From an uncultured Alistipes sp. (GTDB taxonomy: Bacteria > Bacteroidota > Bacteroidia > Bacteroidales > Rikenellaceae), in contig CAZWHN010000001.1 of NCBI GenBank assembly GCA_964633635.1, positions 1 through 35,169 on the forward strand: 35,169 nt of DNA. The letters are read 5' to 3'. A program made the translations under genes and the position numbers. This document shows positions 32,357 through 35,169 of this stretch, one piece after another; the stretch's first letter is position 1, and the number at the start of each line of letters is the position of its first letter. Under the pieces are notes generated by a model. The model was not told the origin of the DNA. It was given only the letters and a program-made list of their open reading frames with translations, and made no database searches.

Positions 32357-33504
32357 GCGGTTGTATCTTTTCTGAGCATTGAGATGCGTACCAAAAGCAG
32401 CATTATGGGGTTCCATACGTCGAACAGCAGATAGCGCAACGCTACACCCTTTTCGCCCACACGCTTAGCCACCGAGCGGGTGCGAAGCAGGGCTGCTATG
32501 TATCTAATAAGCAGCACGATGATGGCTGCTGCCTTGAACTCCAATGGCATAAGGACGATGGCCGTCAGCGCCACCAAAAAGAGCAGCACCTGACTACCCA
32601 AATCCCACTCCAACGCATTGCGTGCCGCGATGGGGTAGAAGCGGTATGCCTCGCCGTAGTGACGCAGGTGCGCGATCCACCACTTCACGCCTCCCCACTG
32701 TCGCTCGATCATCGAGCCTTTGGGGATCAGCACCACACTCACATTGTTGCGACGTGCGATGTGGTTGATGAACAGGTCGTTCTCGCCGATGGTCATATTC
32801 AGATGCGTGAAGCCCTTTGCACCGAAATAGAGCTCCTTCGTGAAGCCCACGTTGCAGCGCGAACCGCGGTAGGTGGCACCCCTCACGGCACGGGCCAGCC
32901 ACGCCATCGAGATTTGCAGGCGCGACATACGGATCAGGTAGTTCGTCAGGCCCGACGTATGCTCTATTGCCGTGTAACCCAGCACAATATCACCTCGTGT
33001 AAAGGCCTTGCCCATCATCGAGAGCCACTGCTCCGAGGCGGGTGTGGCGTCGGTCGTCGTGATGAGGATATGCTCGTGACGTGCCGACTTGATGCCCACG
33101 TTGATGGCCATCTTGGGCGAGATGGGGAAGCGGGGGTTGTACTGTATCTTGGTCACCACCAAGTTGGGGTGGCGCAGGCGCATCGTCGTCAGCTCCTCGT
33201 AGAAGTCGTTGTCCGAGCCGACATAGACCACCACAACCTCATACAGATTGGCATACTGCTGTGCAAAGAGCGCTGGCAGACGGTTGTCCAGGTAGTCGTA
33301 ATCCTCCGAGAAGATGGGCACCACCACCGACACGGGGGGCTCGCTCTCCATCTTCTTTTTGCGGCGCGAGTTGCGGAACGAGGCCACTCGACCGTAGATA
33401 ACTATGTGATAGTAAAGCTGCACCGCCAATAGCACCAGCATCACAGCCGCCAAAGCTGTGCCCTGCCATCCGTAGTGCTGAACAATATAATCGAATATTT
33501 GCAT
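32347..33504 (-). CDS. Membrane-bound GT2 family glycosyltransferase-like protein with degenerate catalytic motifs
   Basis: N-terminal TM helix, PPVSVVVP, KMAINVGIKSA, IVLGY, C-terminal TM helices; ATG 33504. Confidence 0.8.
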   Translation of the reverse strand: MQIFDYIVQHYGWQGTALAAVMLVLLAVQLYYHIVIYGRVASFRNSRRKKKMESEPPVSVVVPIFSEDYDYLDNRLPALFAQQYANLYEVVVVYVGSDNDFYEELTTMRLRHPNLVVTKIQYNPRFPISPKMAINVGIKSARHEHILITTTDATPASEQWLSMMGKAFTRGDIVLGYTAIEHTSGLTNYLIRMSRLQISMAWLARAVRGATYRGSRCNVGFTKELYFGAKGFTHLNMTIGENDLFINHIARRNNVSVVLIPKGSMIERQWGGVKWWIAHLRHYGEAYRFYPIAARNALEWDLGSQVLLFLVALTAIVLMPLEFKAAAIIVLLIRYIAALLRTRSVAKRVGEKGVALRYLLFDVWNPIMLLLVRISMLRKDTTAWK

Positions 33505-33528
33505 AAATTTCGTCGTTGAATGTAACTG

Positions 33529-33536
33529 CAAATATA
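33529..33536 (-). promoter_or_regulatory. -7 element for the GT2-sigma transcript
   Basis: TATATTTG, 24 bp before ATG 33504. Confidence 0.6.
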
Positions 33537-33650
33537 CTCTTTTCGCTCCAAACGGCATAGTAAAATATTAAATTTTTCGCACGACGCACCAAACCTTCGC
33601 CCAAATGCGTTTTTATAGTGCGAAAAATCTTATTTTTCATAGAAAAATAG

Positions 33651-33658
33651 TAACTTTG
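33651..33658 (+). promoter_or_regulatory. -7 element for tgt
   Basis: TAACTTTG matches TAnnTTTG. Confidence 0.6.
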
Positions 33659-33711
33659 TCCCCTATTATGCGCCGTCGTGTAGTGTGGCGGCGGCCAATA
33701 AAGAGCAAAAT

Positions 33712-34842
33712 ATGAAATTTACCTTACAACATACCCTCGCTGGCTCGAAGGCTCGTGCGGGCCTTATCGAGACCGACCACGGTCCCATTCAGACCCCCAT
33801 CTTTATGCCCGTCGGTACCGCCGCGGCAATGAAGGGAATCTTCCACCGCGACGTGCGGGAGGATGCCCGTGCGCAGATCATTTTAGCCAACACCTACCAC
33901 CTCTACCTCCGTCCTGGTATGGACATTCTGGAGCGTGCGGGTGGCGTGCACCGTTTCTCGACGTGGAATGGCCCGATGCTCACCGATAGCGGTGGCTTTC
34001 AGGTCTTTTCGCTGGCCGACTGCCGCAAACTCAAGGAGGAGGGTTGCCACTTCCGCTCGCACATCGACGGCTCGAAACATCTGTTCACGCCCGAGAGTGT
34101 GATCGACACTGAGCGCACCATCGGAGCCGACATTATGATGGCCTTCGACGAGTGCCCCCCGGGCGATGCACCGCGCGAGTATGCGGCCAAGTCGCTGGCC
34201 CTGACCGAGCGCTGGCTCGACCGCTGCTTCAACCGCTATCACCAGACGCAGCCCAAGTGGGGACACTATCAGTCGCTCTTCCCCATCGTGCAGGGCTGTG
34301 CCTACCCCGACCTTCGTGCCAAGGCGGCAGAGAACGTGCAGCAGTACGATGCCGACGGCTACGCCATCGGAGGATTGGCCGTGGGTGAGCCTACGGATGT
34401 GATGTATGCGATGATTGAGGTTGTGAACGCTGTCCTGCCCGAAAACAGACCCCGCTACCTGATGGGTGTGGGTACGCCGATCAACATTTTGGAGGCGATC
34501 GACCGTGGTGTTGATATGTTCGACTGCGTGATGCCTACGCGTAATGGCCGCAATGGTCAGATCTTCACCTCGGAGGGTACGATCAACCTCAGGAACAAGA
34601 AGTGGGAGGACGATTTTTCGCCGCTCGATCCTGCTGGCGTGAGTTTCGTCGATACGCTCTACTCGAAGGCCTACGTTCACCACCTTGTGGTCTGCAAGGA
34701 GATGCTGGCTGCGCAGATCGCATCGCTGCACAACATAGCCTTCTACCTCTGGCTGGTAGGCGAAGCGCGCAAGCACATCATCGCGGGCGACTTCTCGCAG
34801 TGGAAGGCCGAGATGGTCGTAAAACTCAGCCGCCGATTGTAA
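33712..34842 (+). CDS. tgt: tRNA-guanine(34) transglycosylase
   Basis: TPIFMPVGT, NTYHLYLRPG, TDSGGFQVFSL, FDEC, GGLAVGE, RYLMGVG and DMFDCVMPTRNGR motifs. Confidence 0.97.
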   Translation: MKFTLQHTLAGSKARAGLIETDHGPIQTPIFMPVGTAAAMKGIFHRDVREDARAQIILANTYHLYLRPGMDILERAGGVHRFSTWNGPMLTDSGGFQVFSLADCRKLKEEGCHFRSHIDGSKHLFTPESVIDTERTIGADIMMAFDECPPGDAPREYAAKSLALTERWLDRCFNRYHQTQPKWGHYQSLFPIVQGCAYPDLRAKAAENVQQYDADGYAIGGLAVGEPTDVMYAMIEVVNAVLPENRPRYLMGVGTPINILEAIDRGVDMFDCVMPTRNGRNGQIFTSEGTINLRNKKWEDDFSPLDPAGVSFVDTLYSKAYVHHLVVCKEMLAAQIASLHNIAFYLWLVGEARKHIIAGDFSQWKAEMVVKLSRRL

Positions 34843-34869
34843 GGCAAACATTTTGCAAAACCGCAAACA

Positions 34870-35169
34870 ATGAAGGACAAGATAAAACTCTCGTGGCCGG
34901 GATTTAAGATACTCGACCGTTACATATTGGCCAAGTTCCTCGGAACCTACGCCTTTGCGATTGCTATGATCACGGTGATTCTGGTGGTGTTCGACTACGC
35001 CGAGCGTGTCGATAACTTCACCGAGTCGCACGCCCCGTGGTCGGCCATCATCTTCGACTACTACCTCAACTTCATCCCCGACTTCATCAACCAGTTCAGC
35101 GGTCTGTTCACCTTCATCTCGGTGATCTTCTTCACCTCGAAGATGGCCTACCAGACCGAGATCATCGCT
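34870..35169 (+). CDS. LptF/LptG family LPS export permease, N-terminal part, runs off the window
   Basis: Read manually: MKDKIKLSWPGFKILDRYILAKFLGTYAFAI...VIFFTSKMAYQTEIIA; ILDRYI and EIIA signatures. Confidence 0.88.
   Translation, partial: MKDKIKLSWPGFKILDRYILAKFLGTYAFAIAMITVILVVFDYAERVDNFTESHAPWSAIIFDYYLNFIPDFINQFSGLFTFISVIFFTSKMAYQTEIIA

Noticed and set aside
33572..33628. Invertible promoter
   Set aside because: Only 35 bp between the arms, both -7 elements lie outside, and no recombinase gene is in the window

Overview
Bacteroidota chromosomal window, most likely Alistipes/Rikenellaceae-like (inferred from TAnnTTTG promoters, futalosine mqn genes, BtuG/BtuH lipoproteins and GC-rich coding sequence). 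Left to right: partial EF-G paralogue with degenerate GTPase motifs, M28 peptidase and ROK kinase (all minus strand); a plus-strand operon of short-chain prenyl synthase, U32 protein, PepP, MqnB, GH78 rhamnosidase and MqnD; an orphan lipoprotein; a cobalamin-riboswitch-controlled B12 capture operon (DUF4465/BtuJ-like, BtuH, BtuG, BtuB); kdgK-eda-exuT; a tight five-gene operon encoding a TonB-dependent transporter, a DUF4876-like lipoprotein, a second beta-barrel and two signal-peptide-bearing gingipain (C25)-like His/Cys protease-HEAT repeat paralogues; an ECF sigma factor overlapping a catalytically degenerate GT2; tgt; and a partial LptF/G permease. The best candidate for an undescribed system is the 21.5-31.7 kb operon, which looks like a TonB-dependent peptide/protein uptake and periplasmic proteolysis machine with its own palindromic operator. 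No mobile element, CRISPR array, tRNA or rRNA was seen. All family assignments come from motif recognition by eye; no database search was run.
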